From Chitinophagaceae bacterium (lineage in GTDB: Bacteria > Bacteroidota > Bacteroidia > Chitinophagales > Chitinophagaceae), in the NCBI GenBank assembly GCA_031407835.1, contig JANOIQ010000027.1, positions 4,753-68,752 on the forward strand: DNA of 64,000 nucleotides, given 5' to 3'. The notes below the pieces were generated by a model. It had not been told where the DNA came from. It saw nothing but the letters and a program-made list of their open reading frames with translations, and searched no databases. The translations under genes were made by a program, and so were the position numbers. Numbering within the stretch: the first letter of the stretch is position 1; the number at the start of each line of letters is the position of its first letter. This document shows positions 47,126 through 57,271 of this stretch, piece by piece.

Positions 47126-48604
47126 ATGATGATCGATTGTTCAGATAAGGAGTTAGAGTTACTGCAGATTATTGGCAACTGTGCACAGAAATTAAATGTG
47201 CCCTGTTATTTGGTTGGCGGATTTGTAAGAGATAAATTATTGCACCGTGCCTGCAAGGATCTTGATTTTGTATGTGTGGGCGATGGTATTGCACTGGCGC
47301 ATGAAGTGGCAAACCAATTTAATCCGCAGCCACCGGTTTCTTATTTTAAAAATTTTGGTACTGCAAATATTAAAATAGACTTTTCAAATAATAGTAAGGG
47401 TTCACAAGTCTCCCCTTCCGGGGGAGATTTAGAGGGGGCTTTTGAGATAGAGTTTGTAGGAGCAAGGAAGGAAAGTTATGCTTCGCATTCACGTAAGCCC
47501 GAAGTTGAACCGGGTACACTGGAAGATGATCAGAAACGCAGGGACTTTACCATTAATGCACTCGCCATTAGTTTAAGGAAGGATGACTTTGGGCAACTGA
47601 TCGATCCGTTTGATGGGGTAAAAGATCTTGAAGCAAAAATCATCCGCACTCCATTAGAGCCCGGAACAACGTTCAGTGATGATCCGTTACGCATGATGCG
47701 GGCTATCCGTTTTGCATCGCAGTTAGGGTTTACTATTTTTCCTGAAACCTGGCTGGGCATTATTGAAAATGCGGAACGTATTCATATCATTTCAAAAGAA
47801 CGCATTGCTGATGAACTGAATAAAATTGTACTGAGTGAAAAACCTTCTGTTGGGTTTGAACTATTATATAAAAGTGGTTTATTGAAATTATTTTTTCCGC
47901 AGATGGTTGACCTTGCGGGTGCAGAGTATATTGATGGCAAAGGACACAAGGATAATTTTTATCATACACTGCAGGTGCTGGATAATATTTCTGTTAATAC
48001 AAATGATCTCTGGTTGCGTTGGGCTGCTATTCTGCATGATATTGCAAAACCAGCCACCAAACGTTTTGAACAGGGGCATGGCTGGACCTTTCACGGGCAT
48101 GAAGTAGTTGGGGGAAGAATGGTGCCTGTAATATTTACTCAGTTGAAACTTCCTGCCAATGAAAAAATGAAATTTGTACGCAAGATGGTGGAACTGCATC
48201 TGCGTCCTATCAGTTTAACCAAAGAAAATATTACCGACAGTGCCATCCGCCGTTTATTGTTTGATGCAGGTGAAGATTTTGATGCATTGATGACTTTGTG
48301 CAATGCAGACATCACCTCAAAAAATCAGCAAAAAGTACAACGTTACCTGCAGAATTTTGAAATGGTAAGGCAACGTTGCAAAGAAGTGGAAGATAAAGAC
48401 CATCTGCGTAACTGGCAGCCGCCTATTACCGGTGAAATTATTATGCGCACTTTTAATGTTCCACCGTCTAAAATTGTGGGCATTTTGAAGGATGCAATTA
48501 AAGATGCCATTCTGGATGGTGATATAGAAAATAATTATGAATCTGCCTACACTTTTATGCTGCAAAAAGCAAAAGAAGTAAATCTTGTTCCTGTGGGCGA
48601 ATAA
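47126..48604 (+). CDS. cca: CCA tRNA nucleotidyltransferase with HD domain
   Basis: VGGFVRD, DLD, RRDFTINA, DDPLRMMRAIRF, LHDIAK; start at 47126 by promoter context. Confidence 0.93.
   Translation: MMIDCSDKELELLQIIGNCAQKLNVPCYLVGGFVRDKLLHRACKDLDFVCVGDGIALAHEVANQFNPQPPVSYFKNFGTANIKIDFSNNSKGSQVSPSGGDLEGAFEIEFVGARKESYASHSRKPEVEPGTLEDDQKRRDFTINALAISLRKDDFGQLIDPFDGVKDLEAKIIRTPLEPGTTFSDDPLRMMRAIRFASQLGFTIFPETWLGIIENAERIHIISKERIADELNKIVLSEKPSVGFELLYKSGLLKLFFPQMVDLAGAEYIDGKGHKDNFYHTLQVLDNISVNTNDLWLRWAAILHDIAKPATKRFEQGHGWTFHGHEVVGGRMVPVIFTQLKLPANEKMKFVRKMVELHLRPISLTKENITDSAIRRLLFDAGEDFDALMTLCNADITSKNQQKVQRYLQNFEMVRQRCKEVEDKDHLRNWQPPITGEIIMRTFNVPPSKIVGILKDAIKDAILDGDIENNYESAYTFMLQKAKEVNLVPVGE
47409..47439 (+). 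repeat. REP-like palindrome inside the CCA-enzyme coding frame
   Basis: TCTCCCC-TTCCG-GGGGAGA followed by TTTAGAGGGGGC, encoding SPSGGDLEG. Confidence 0.7.
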
Positions 48605-48693
48605 AACTATTTTTGTCAATGAAACTGGAATGAATGTATCAGAACTGATTTTCATTTTCAAAATTTCAAATTGAATCATTTTCAAATTAAATT

Positions 48694-49284
48694 ATGGCTG
48701 TATTACGTTTCAGGGCTTATTGGGAAGAGGATGATGCTGTTTACCGTGACATTGCAATCAAGCATGTGCAGAACTTCAGGGATCTGCATGAAATTATTTT
48801 AAAGGCCTATGAGTTTGACAGTAAGCACAAGGCAACTTTTCACCGAAGTAATGATCACTGGCAGAAAGGCCGGGAAATTACACTGGAGAAATATGAAAAA
48901 GAGTACAAGGCTGAACCATTGCTGATGGAAGAAACAACGGTGGGCAGTGAAATCAGGGAACCGAATCAGAAATTTGTTTATATCTACGATTTTAATAAAA
49001 ACTGGACCTTCTTTGTGGAGTTGATTAATGTAAGCAAAGAAGTAAATCCAAAACTCACTTACCCAACTGTTGTAAGAACAGAAGGAATTGCACCAAGTCA
49101 GTACGGAACAAAAGGATTGGTTGGCGATAAGCTTGCAGAGATGGAGGAGAAGTACGATTTAAGTTCTGCTGCTGAAGGTTTTGGTGTAGAAGGTGAAGTA
49201 GATGCCAACAGTGTAAATGATGATGAAGCCGCACAGGGAGATGAAGAAGAAACAGGCTTCAGTGCAACGGATGAATTAGTGTGA
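48694..49284 (+). CDS. pRiA4b ORF-3-like (IS1096 passenger TnpR-like) protein with acidic tail
   Basis: RDIAI...DLHEIIL, YIYDF..WTFFVEL; TATTTTTG promoter element at 48608-48615. Confidence 0.75.
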   Translation: MAVLRFRAYWEEDDAVYRDIAIKHVQNFRDLHEIILKAYEFDSKHKATFHRSNDHWQKGREITLEKYEKEYKAEPLLMEETTVGSEIREPNQKFVYIYDFNKNWTFFVELINVSKEVNPKLTYPTVVRTEGIAPSQYGTKGLVGDKLAEMEEKYDLSSAAEGFGVEGEVDANSVNDDEAAQGDEEETGFSATDELV

Positions 49285-49306
49285 TTATTTTATAATACGA
49301 AATTGA

Positions 49307-49332
49307 ATCGTCAGACGGGGACGTCAGACGAT
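49307..49332. repeat. REP-like hairpin
   Basis: ATCGTCAGACG-GGGA-CGTCAGACGAT (one mismatch). Confidence 0.6.
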
Positions 49333-49367
49333 GAATTGCTGGGTTCTCTGCAAACCCATCATACAAT

Positions 49368-50270
49368 ATGAAAAAAACTGTTCTCTTAATTGCAGGCCCA
49401 ACTGCCGTTGGCAAAACCGCATTGGCCATTCAACTGGCAAAAAAATTCCATACTGAAATTATTTCAGCCGATTCCCGTCAGTGTTATAAAGAAATTACTA
49501 TCGGTGTTGCAAAACCTTCTGCTGAAGAATTGCAGGAGGTAACTCATCATTTTATCAACTCACATTCCATTCATGATCATCTCAACGCAGCTTCATTTGA
49601 AGCATATGCTTTAAAAGCGGCTGCTGAAATTTTTCAACAGCATGAACTAGCTGTGATGGTTGGTGGTACAGGTTTGTACATCAAAGCATTTTGTGAAGGC
49701 ATGGATGTAATTCCTGCTGTTGATGAAACAATCAGGAAGCAATTGCAGGATAATTATCAGCAACAGGGAATAGAATGGTTACAGCAGCAGCTTCAAATAC
49801 ATGATCCGTTATTTGCAACAGAAGGTGAAATGCAAAACCCTCAGCGTATGTTACGGGCACTGGAAGTTGTGTTATCAACCGGGCAATCCATTCTTCAGTT
49901 CAGAAAAGGGGAGAAGCAGCAAAGAGATTTCAACATCATTAAAATAGGATTGGATTTGCCGAGAGAAGAATTGTACCAGCGAATCAATCATAGGGTTGAT
50001 GTAATGATGGAGAATGGTTTATTGAAAGAAGTGAAATCAGTTTATCCTTTACGTTATCTCAATGCTTTACAAACAGTAGGCTACCGGGAGTTGTTTGATT
50101 TCTTTGATGGAAACAGTACACTTGAAAAGGCAATCGAAAAGATCAAACAGAATTCCCGTCATTATGCCAAGCGGCAAGTAACCTGGTTTAAAGGAGATGA
50201 GGAGATGAGATGGTTTCATGCGGCAAATGCTTCTCAAATGCAGGATTATATTTTACAGCAGCTCCGGTAA
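49368..50270 (+). CDS. miaA: tRNA dimethylallyltransferase
   Basis: GPTAVGKT, ISADSRQ, VGGTGLY, YAKRQVTWF. Confidence 0.97.
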   Translation: MKKTVLLIAGPTAVGKTALAIQLAKKFHTEIISADSRQCYKEITIGVAKPSAEELQEVTHHFINSHSIHDHLNAASFEAYALKAAAEIFQQHELAVMVGGTGLYIKAFCEGMDVIPAVDETIRKQLQDNYQQQGIEWLQQQLQIHDPLFATEGEMQNPQRMLRALEVVLSTGQSILQFRKGEKQQRDFNIIKIGLDLPREELYQRINHRVDVMMENGLLKEVKSVYPLRYLNALQTVGYRELFDFFDGNSTLEKAIEKIKQNSRHYAKRQVTWFKGDEEMRWFHAANASQMQDYILQQLR

Positions 50271-50449
50271 CAACTTAAAAACTAAAAGGATCCAAACATC
50301 GGCACAAAACTTGTTAGGGTTGGCAGGATTCCGTTCCAGATAAAATTCAAAATTACGTAAGGAAACATATACCAATCTGTTGTGTAAATAAGTACGGATA
50401 AAATTCTTTATCTAACTTGTGACGATGGATGAATTAATAAAACCATTCT

Positions 50450-52063
50450 ATGTATAAAGCGAACTCAGCTTACCGGAAGATTTCTTTTACCGGGATTATT
50501 TTTTTGTTTACGCTTTATATAATCCCTTTAAGAGGAAATGCTCAATTCAGTAATTATAACCGCACTGTAAGGGAACTGAATTACTACCTGATCTACCTCG
50601 ATCATCTGTTATCATATAATGAGCAAACAACACTCATGGTAAAAGATATCAGTGTAAACTATCAAAAAAATGACAGTGCTTTAAAAGCCGGCAAAAGCTG
50701 GACAGACTATAAGAAAATTGATGTTGATTTATACCGCCAAAGACAGAATACAGTAACGGATGCTCTCTTAAATAACTATGATGCCGGGGCTTTTAAAGAG
50801 TATAATAAAAAAGCAAATACAGTTGCTGATTCTGTAAAGAAGTTATTTACAGGCTGGATTAAAAGAGCAGATACTATTGCTGCTTCACAAAACAGGATTG
50901 CAAATGATCTGCTTTCATTAATTGTACAATATAACCTGATGCCTTCTTATGAAAAAAAGAATGTGGACCGGATTCATGCATACATCAAAACTTATCATAA
51001 CCATATACAGGAATTGCAGCAGGTAAGAGACAGTATAACTTCTGCTGCCCTGTTGTATTATGAAATCAGCAAAAAGGAAAAAAACTATCCTTTCTCCATT
51101 TATGCACAGGCAGTTGACTATTTACTGCAGGTTACAATTTATTTGAATCAATATTTTACGGCAAATAATGAAGAGAATTATGAAGCCGGTATTCTTGCAC
51201 TCCGCAAAGCAAGTGAAAACATAGAGGCTTATTTAAAAAATGAATACATCTACAGAAAAAATAATGATGCCCTTCCGGGTCATCATGTATTCCCTTTAAA
51301 TGAAGAGGTGCATATAGAACTTTCCAATTCATTGAAAGAGATGGCGTTTCAGATAAACCGCTATGCCTCTAATTACCAGGAAAAAGTTGACTCACTATAT
51401 TTCTCCCGGCAGAACATAAACCTCATCAACCTGCTCAATGCTGTCAGCTTCAGCCATGATGAGAATGTTGATGTCAGAAAAAGTAATGATGTGCCGGTAC
51501 GTTATCATGAAACACTTAAAGCAATGCTGCGTTACGATTTTTTAATGTACCGCTATGACACGTACAGTAATTCTCTTTCTAATAAAAACACAGCCCCGAT
51601 GCCGCTAAGCTGGAGCCGCTATGTTTATACGTTCAACTATATACAGCCGGCACCAGACAGCAGTATATCTAAACCATTACCTGTACCGGAACAAAAGCCG
51701 GTTGAGGCTCCCGCAGAAGTAAAAGAATCATCCAACATACAGATCATCAAAGTTTATACGGATAGTATGAATCTTTTTTTCTATGATAATGGTGAGGTTG
51801 ATAATGATACAATTACCATTTCAGTAAACGGTGTTGTAGTGGCAGCAGATGTAAGGCTCGATATTACTCCTTATGAGTTAAAAATTGCTTTTAAGCCCGG
51901 GGAAAAATCAATTGATGTAACTGTTTCAGCAAATAATCTTGGAAATATTCCACCCAATACAGCTTATCTTAAAGTTACAGCCGGTGATATGGTACACAGA
52001 TTATATGTGTTTTCTACAAAGAAAGTAAATGCTGTTGTACGGATTCTGAATTTAAAAGAATAA
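50450..52063 (+). CDS. Secreted hypothetical protein with a C-terminal beta domain
   Basis: Signal peptide, helical body, Pro/Glu linker, FYDNGEVDNDTI...NLGNIPPNTA domain. Confidence 0.7.
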   Translation: MYKANSAYRKISFTGIIFLFTLYIIPLRGNAQFSNYNRTVRELNYYLIYLDHLLSYNEQTTLMVKDISVNYQKNDSALKAGKSWTDYKKIDVDLYRQRQNTVTDALLNNYDAGAFKEYNKKANTVADSVKKLFTGWIKRADTIAASQNRIANDLLSLIVQYNLMPSYEKKNVDRIHAYIKTYHNHIQELQQVRDSITSAALLYYEISKKEKNYPFSIYAQAVDYLLQVTIYLNQYFTANNEENYEAGILALRKASENIEAYLKNEYIYRKNNDALPGHHVFPLNEEVHIELSNSLKEMAFQINRYASNYQEKVDSLYFSRQNINLINLLNAVSFSHDENVDVRKSNDVPVRYHETLKAMLRYDFLMYRYDTYSNSLSNKNTAPMPLSWSRYVYTFNYIQPAPDSSISKPLPVPEQKPVEAPAEVKESSNIQIIKVYTDSMNLFFYDNGEVDNDTITISVNGVVVAADVRLDITPYELKIAFKPGEKSIDVTVSANNLGNIPPNTAYLKVTAGDMVHRLYVFSTKKVNAVVRILNLKE

Positions 52064-52090
52064 GAACGCATAGCAGGAATGAAGTATAAT

Positions 52091-52123
52091 AAAAAAGCCG
52101 GAAAATACATGTTCCGGCTTTTT
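52091..52123. terminator. Bidirectional intrinsic terminator
   Basis: AAAAAAGCCGGAA...TTCCGGCTTTTT between convergent genes. Confidence 0.85.
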
Positions 52124-52138
52124 ATAATTTTATTGTTT

Positions 52139-53725
52139 TTAAAACTTAAATCCAACAGTTGCTGTAATCTGTCCATTGTAATAATTATTTTTTGCGTAGG
52201 GAAAGTTTGCCGAGCTTAAGTTATATGGAACATGAAAGCTTTTCCCAAAGCCGTGAGCATAGGTAAGATCTACAAATACGCCATTATCTCTGTAACCAAC
52301 ACCAAGGCTCGGGGTCATTCTCCAGCCTTTAATATCTGAATCTTTTAGGAATTCTTTGCTGTAAGGACTACTCATGTAGCTAAAGCCTGCACGAACCATT
52401 AGGGTTTTGAACTTTAATTCACCACCAATCTTGGCATTAAAGCTCATTTTAAAGGTATTGTTAATTGAATTATTCAGATTATTGAAATATTCTGCATCAC
52501 CTGGGTTGGGAACATCTTCACTGCTACTGTAAGACATCGCTTTATAATCAACTACTTCAACATCACCCGTTATAAAGGCTTTTTGCTTTGTTACGTCGCT
52601 TATTTCACGAAAGACGTATGATAAACTTGCCCCTAATTTCCATGGCGTGCTAAGCTGATAGTTGTACACGTTTTCACCACCTTCAATGCCCGCAATACTG
52701 TTAATGTCGGCAGTAGTATATGTGTAAGATGTTGGTTTATTCTGATCGTTATTTAATCGCCTTGAAAGATTTTCAATATTGCTTGTTAACGTTGCAGATG
52801 CAACGTCTTTCAATGTTATCAGGGAAGGTGTATGAAAGGTAAACCCAATCCGAAAGTATTCAACTGGTTTAAAGATTATACCCAGTTTTGCATTAAATCC
52901 TGTTCCTTTTGTTGAAAGGGTTTCATTAAATATAAAGCTTTCAAAATCGTTATTGGTATTACCTGTTCCATCTTTTTCTGTAACTGTTGATTTTCGTTCG
53001 TAGTTAATTATAGGAATACCAATTGTTACACCGTACAGGAACTTATTATTTTTGTTCCATGCCATTGCAAATGCGGCTTCGGTTATACCGCCAGCGGTTT
53101 GGTAAGAAAATTGTTGATCAAGATTTTTATCGATACTTGCATTTGAAATTACACGTCCGTTGGCATCAAGATCGAGCAAATAAGATTCATATCCCTGGCT
53201 GGCTCCCAATGGGAATCGCTTGCGTATATCATCAATACTACTTGCAGTGCTGTTATCAATTTCTTCAATCCATTTCCACGAGTAGGAGCTGTTCAAGTTT
53301 CTCCCTCCGTATGAAAATCCTGAATTAAAATTGGAGGCCCTGTTGATTGCAAAAGAAATAGCAGTACTGCTCGGGTTGCTTTTAAAACGACTTCCCCAGC
53401 TAAAAATAATACCACTGGTGCCAATATTCATTTTATTTTTCTTGCCGGCTGTTGTTTGATCATTATATAGCATTTTATTTGTGTTCATGTTAAACCCCGG
53501 AGTGATAGCAATCTCATTTGTTTTGAATTGAGCTAACCCTGCTGGATTTATAAAACTTGAACTGATGTCTCCTCCAAGGGATATATTTGCGCCCCCAATA
53601 GCCTGAATACGGGCTGAGCCTGTACTAACAGGTTGATAAGAAAATCGAAGTGCATCAAAAATATCCTGTGCTTGAAGTTGCTGAAGAAAGCACATAGAAA
53701 TAGACGCTATGAAAAATTTTTTCAT
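52139..53725 (-). CDS. OmpP1/FadL-like outer-membrane beta-barrel
   Basis: GSARIQAIGGA...NPAGL N-terminal motif, terminal GFKF. Confidence 0.85.
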   Translation of the reverse strand: MKKFFIASISMCFLQQLQAQDIFDALRFSYQPVSTGSARIQAIGGANISLGGDISSSFINPAGLAQFKTNEIAITPGFNMNTNKMLYNDQTTAGKKNKMNIGTSGIIFSWGSRFKSNPSSTAISFAINRASNFNSGFSYGGRNLNSSYSWKWIEEIDNSTASSIDDIRKRFPLGASQGYESYLLDLDANGRVISNASIDKNLDQQFSYQTAGGITEAAFAMAWNKNNKFLYGVTIGIPIINYERKSTVTEKDGTGNTNNDFESFIFNETLSTKGTGFNAKLGIIFKPVEYFRIGFTFHTPSLITLKDVASATLTSNIENLSRRLNNDQNKPTSYTYTTADINSIAGIEGGENVYNYQLSTPWKLGASLSYVFREISDVTKQKAFITGDVEVVDYKAMSYSSSEDVPNPGDAEYFNNLNNSINNTFKMSFNAKIGGELKFKTLMVRAGFSYMSSPYSKEFLKDSDIKGWRMTPSLGVGYRDNGVFVDLTYAHGFGKSFHVPYNLSSANFPYAKNNYYNGQITATVGFKF

Positions 53726-53763
53726 AAAAAGTTATTTGTGGATTTCACTAAAATCAGAAACTC

Positions 53764-54558
53764 TTAGTTGCGTCGGCCTCCGGCAGAACTTCCAGTAGAT
53801 TTACTACTACTGCTGCTGCCTGATGAAGAACTACTACTTCCAGAAGAAGATGAAGAAGATCCACCACCTGAACTAAAAGTGCGATTGCTTGACCCTGATG
53901 AAGAGTTTGTATTCCAGTTTGATGATGAATTATTGTTGCTTCCGCCTCCAAAGAAACCTGTACGCCTTGTACCATTGCTATTACTGTTGCTGTTACCACT
54001 GAAATAACGGCTGCCGCTTCCGGTAGTAATTCCTTTACCGTTATAGTTGGCTCCGGAATTGGTAAAGCGCTGAATAGGCGCAGAATAACGTATGCCCGTA
54101 CTGTTTTTAGAAGCACCAGGACCAGATATGATAATTAAATTATTGGCACCTGGAATACAAACATAACCCGAGTTCCAACCTTTGTATCCGCCGTATCCAT
54201 AATTATAGTTATTCCAACCCCATCCACTGTTCATGTTCCAGCTATTATTCCATCCCCAGGTATTGTATGGGCTATTCCAGGTGTTCCAACCCCAGCTGTT
54301 ATAACGTGGAGCGTTCCAGTAAATATCATCTTCAAACCTGAAACGTGAATCACGGATCTGCTGACGTAAACGGCGATCTTCCAGGTTGCTTTCGTTATAC
54401 GATAACCTGTTATCATCATTACGGTCAACCTGTACATATTCGTTCACTTCTCTTACAGGTGAATAATAAACGTCATCCGGAGTTTGTCCTGTTCTGTAGG
54501 TTGCACAGGAACTGAATCCTGCGATGATCAAACCAAAGAGTAAAATTCTGGTTACCAT
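53764..54558 (-). CDS. Lipoprotein with W/N/G-rich and Ser/Gly-rich low-complexity regions
   Basis: Lipobox FSSC, TPDDVYYSP, WGWN repeats, poly-Ser tail. Confidence 0.85.
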   Translation of the reverse strand: MVTRILLFGLIIAGFSSCATYRTGQTPDDVYYSPVREVNEYVQVDRNDDNRLSYNESNLEDRRLRQQIRDSRFRFEDDIYWNAPRYNSWGWNTWNSPYNTWGWNNSWNMNSGWGWNNYNYGYGGYKGWNSGYVCIPGANNLIIISGPGASKNSTGIRYSAPIQRFTNSGANYNGKGITTGSGSRYFSGNSNSNSNGTRRTGFFGGGSNNNSSSNWNTNSSSGSSNRTFSSGGGSSSSSSGSSSSSSGSSSSSKSTGSSAGGRRN

Positions 54559-54593
54559 GATGTTTGAGTTTGAAGTTTGTAATGTGAAGTTAC

Positions 54594-54601
54594 TACTTTT
54601 G
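54594..54601 (+). promoter_or_regulatory. Candidate -7 promoter element for proS
   Basis: TACTTTTG. Confidence 0.5.
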
Positions 54602-54715
54602 CAACTTCAAAGAAACTAACATTTTATAGTCACAAAGAACAAGCCATATGGTGGATTTAATTGTGCCTGGGCTGTTAAATAAATTCTAAACATTACATAA
54701 AAAGGCAAAGCAACA

Positions 54716-56191
54716 ATGGCAGAGGCAATTACTACAAGGGAAAAGGATTATTCGCAATGGTATAATGATCTTATTTTAAAAGGCGGGCTGGCTGATTATT
54801 CGGCCGTTCGTGGTTGTATGGTGATTAAACCCTATGGCTTTGCGTTATGGGAAAACATGCGTGACCAGTTAGACAAAATGTTTAAAGAAACCGGACATGT
54901 AAATGCATACTTCCCTTTATTCATACCAAAAAGTTTTTTAAGTAAGGAAGCGGCACATGTGGCGGGCTTTGCCAAAGAATGTGCGGTGGTAACCCATTAC
55001 CGTTTAATGAATGATCCCAACGGTGGGGGAATTATTGTTGATCCTGATGCAAAGCTGGAAGAAGAACTGATTGTGCGTCCAACTTCTGAAACCATCATCT
55101 GGCATACCTACAAAGACTGGATTAAATCATACAGGGATTTACCGCTGCTGGTGAATCAGTGGGCGAATGTGGTGCGTTGGGAAATGCGTACGAGGTTGTT
55201 CCTGCGTACAACAGAATTTTTATGGCAGGAAGGTCATACTGCCCATGCAACTGCACAGGAAGCCATTGAAGAAACGAGAAAGATGCTGGATGTATATGCA
55301 ACTTTTGCTGAAGAATGGATGGCGGTGCCTGTGATTAAAGGAGTAAAATCACCCAACGAGCGTTTTGCCGGTGCTGAAGATACTTATTGCATTGAAGCAT
55401 TAATGCAGGATGGGAAAGCATTGCAGGCAGGCACATCGCATTTTTTGGGACAGAATTTTGCCAAAGCATTTGATGTGAAGTTCAGCGATAAAGAAAATAA
55501 ACTGGAATATGTGTGGGCAACCAGCTGGGGAGTGAGTACAAGATTGATTGGTGGATTGGTGATGGCACACAGCGATGACCAGGGATTAATTCTTCCTCCA
55601 AAGATTGCTCCGCTGCAGGTGGTGATTGTTCCGATTTACAAAGGTGACGATCAGTTAAAAGCCATCAGCGATAAAGTGAATATGCTTACAGCCGAATTGA
55701 AATCAATGGGCATTCGAGTGAAATATGATGATACAGATAATGCAAGACCGGGCTGGAAATTTGCCGAACATGAATTAAAAGGTGTTCCTGTTCGTATTGC
55801 CATTGGCGGAAGAGATCTGGAAAACAATACTGCTGAAGTTGCAAGAAGAGATGAAAAAACAAAAGCAACAGTAAGTATGGATGGCTTAGCCAAGCATATT
55901 CAGCTTTTGCTGGAAGAGATTCAGCAGAATATGTTCAATAAAGCGAAAGCCTACCGTGACAGTCATATCACTAAGGTTGATACATGGGATGAATTTGTTG
56001 AAACACTGGAAAAGAAAGGTGGTTTTGTATCGGCCCATTGGGATGGTACGGCTGAAACAGAAGATGAGATCAAAACCAAATCAAAAGCAACCATCCGTTG
56101 TATTCCCTTGAATAATGAACCGGAGGAAGGAAAGTGTATTTTAACAGGTAAACCTTCCAAGGAAAGAGTGTTGTTTGCATTAGCTTATTAA
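54716..56191 (+). CDS. proS: Proline--tRNA ligase (archaeal/eukaryotic type)
   Basis: [39 protein letters not shown]-terminal FALAY. Confidence 0.98.
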   Translation: MAEAITTREKDYSQWYNDLILKGGLADYSAVRGCMVIKPYGFALWENMRDQLDKMFKETGHVNAYFPLFIPKSFLSKEAAHVAGFAKECAVVTHYRLMNDPNGGGIIVDPDAKLEEELIVRPTSETIIWHTYKDWIKSYRDLPLLVNQWANVVRWEMRTRLFLRTTEFLWQEGHTAHATAQEAIEETRKMLDVYATFAEEWMAVPVIKGVKSPNERFAGAEDTYCIEALMQDGKALQAGTSHFLGQNFAKAFDVKFSDKENKLEYVWATSWGVSTRLIGGLVMAHSDDQGLILPPKIAPLQVVIVPIYKGDDQLKAISDKVNMLTAELKSMGIRVKYDDTDNARPGWKFAEHELKGVPVRIAIGGRDLENNTAEVARRDEKTKATVSMDGLAKHIQLLLEEIQQNMFNKAKAYRDSHITKVDTWDEFVETLEKKGGFVSAHWDGTAETEDEIKTKSKATIRCIPLNNEPEEGKCILTGKPSKERVLFALAY

Positions 56192-56210
56192 CCCCCATCC
56201 CCTAAAGGGG
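56192..56210. repeat. REP-like element after the proS stop
   Basis: CCCCCATCCCCTAAAGGGG. Confidence 0.55.
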
Positions 56211-56231
56211 TGAAAAGAATAACTTCAAACA

Positions 56232-56579
56232 TTGAGTATGTTTTTCAACATTGTATTACTGAATTTTTACTCAGGTGTAATTCAATGGCTGGAGAAGCAT
56301 ATGCTTACCTGTCCCAGCAAGCTGTTGTTTCACATGGATTGTCCGGGTTGTGGATTGCAGCGGAGCTATATTGCTTTGTTCAAAGGCGATTTTGCTGCAA
56401 GCTTTTATTTATACCCGGCAGCCGTTCCCATATTGGTTATGATTGCCTGTTTATTCCTTCATCTCATCTTCAAATTTAAAAATGGTGCATTTCTGCTCAC
56501 ATCGCTGTATATTTTTTGCGCTATAATTATCCTCGTACATTATATTTACAAAATTCTAACTCACCAAAACCTGACTTAA
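56232..56579 (+). CDS. DUF2752 membrane protein
   Basis: CP....DCPGCGLQRS motif followed by hydrophobic helices. Confidence 0.85.
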   Translation: MSMFFNIVLLNFYSGVIQWLEKHMLTCPSKLLFHMDCPGCGLQRSYIALFKGDFAASFYLYPAAVPILVMIACLFLHLIFKFKNGAFLLTSLYIFCAIIILVHYIYKILTHQNLT

Positions 56580-56911
56580 TGGAACAAAATCCGCAGCAAG
56601 ATTATTTATCACAATCAAATCAGCAGGTTTTACCGAATCTGCCAAACGCTACCGCAGTGCTGGTATTAGGCATCTTATCGATTGTTGTATGCTTTATTAC
56701 GGGCATCATTGCATTGGTGATGGCAAAAAAAGATATGGCTTTGTACAACGCCAACCCCGGAATGTACAGCCCCGCATCTTTAAGCAATATCAAAACCGGA
56801 CGTATCTGCGCCATCATTGGAATTATTCTTCAGGGAATCGGAATATTAATTTATATCATTTTCATTGTAGTCTTTATTGGTGCAGTGGGTGCAGCAGGAG
56901 GTTTTAAATAA
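56579..56911 (+). CDS. CCC-motif/DUF4190-like membrane protein, copy 1
   Basis: LPNATAVLVLGILSIV...GRICAIIG; TAATG overlap with DUF2752. Confidence 0.85.
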   Translation: MEQNPQQDYLSQSNQQVLPNLPNATAVLVLGILSIVVCFITGIIALVMAKKDMALYNANPGMYSPASLSNIKTGRICAIIGIILQGIGILIYIIFIVVFIGAVGAAGGFK

Positions 56912-56939
56912 TAAACAGTTTAACCAAAATCAACTTTAT

Positions 56940-57248
56940 ATGGATCAGTTTAACAATCCTTCTGAACAACGTGCTTTACCCAATGCAACAGCTGTGTTGG
57001 TATTAGGCATTTTATCAATTGTTGTATGCTTTATCACAGGTATCATTGCATTGGTAATGGCTAAGAAAGAAATGGCTCTTTATAATGATAATCCCGGTAT
57101 GTATACACCGGCATCATTGAGTAATATAAAAACAGGGAGAATCTGTGCAATCATCGGTATTGTGCTGCAGGGAGTTGCCGTACTGGTTTATATCGTCATT
57201 ATAGTTATCGCATTAGGTGCTGTTGGAGCATCTGGCGGTTTTAATTAA
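56940..57248 (+). CDS. CCC-motif/DUF4190-like membrane protein, copy 2
   Basis: Near-identical core to copy 1. Confidence 0.85.
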   Translation: MDQFNNPSEQRALPNATAVLVLGILSIVVCFITGIIALVMAKKEMALYNDNPGMYTPASLSNIKTGRICAIIGIVLQGVAVLVYIVIIVIALGAVGASGGFN

Positions 57249-57271
57249 TCAATTAACCAAAATCAACTATT

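Noticed and set aside
48648-48693. TTTTCAAAT-like short repeats
   Set aside because: Low-complexity AT-rich spacer with no sign of function
48694-49284. Mobile element suggested by the IS1096 passenger/pRiA4b family name
   Set aside because: No transposase or terminal repeats; the gene sits among housekeeping genes
50299-50314. Sigma-54-like motif TCGGCACAAAACTTGT
   Set aside because: The -12 GC is replaced by GT and there is no supporting context
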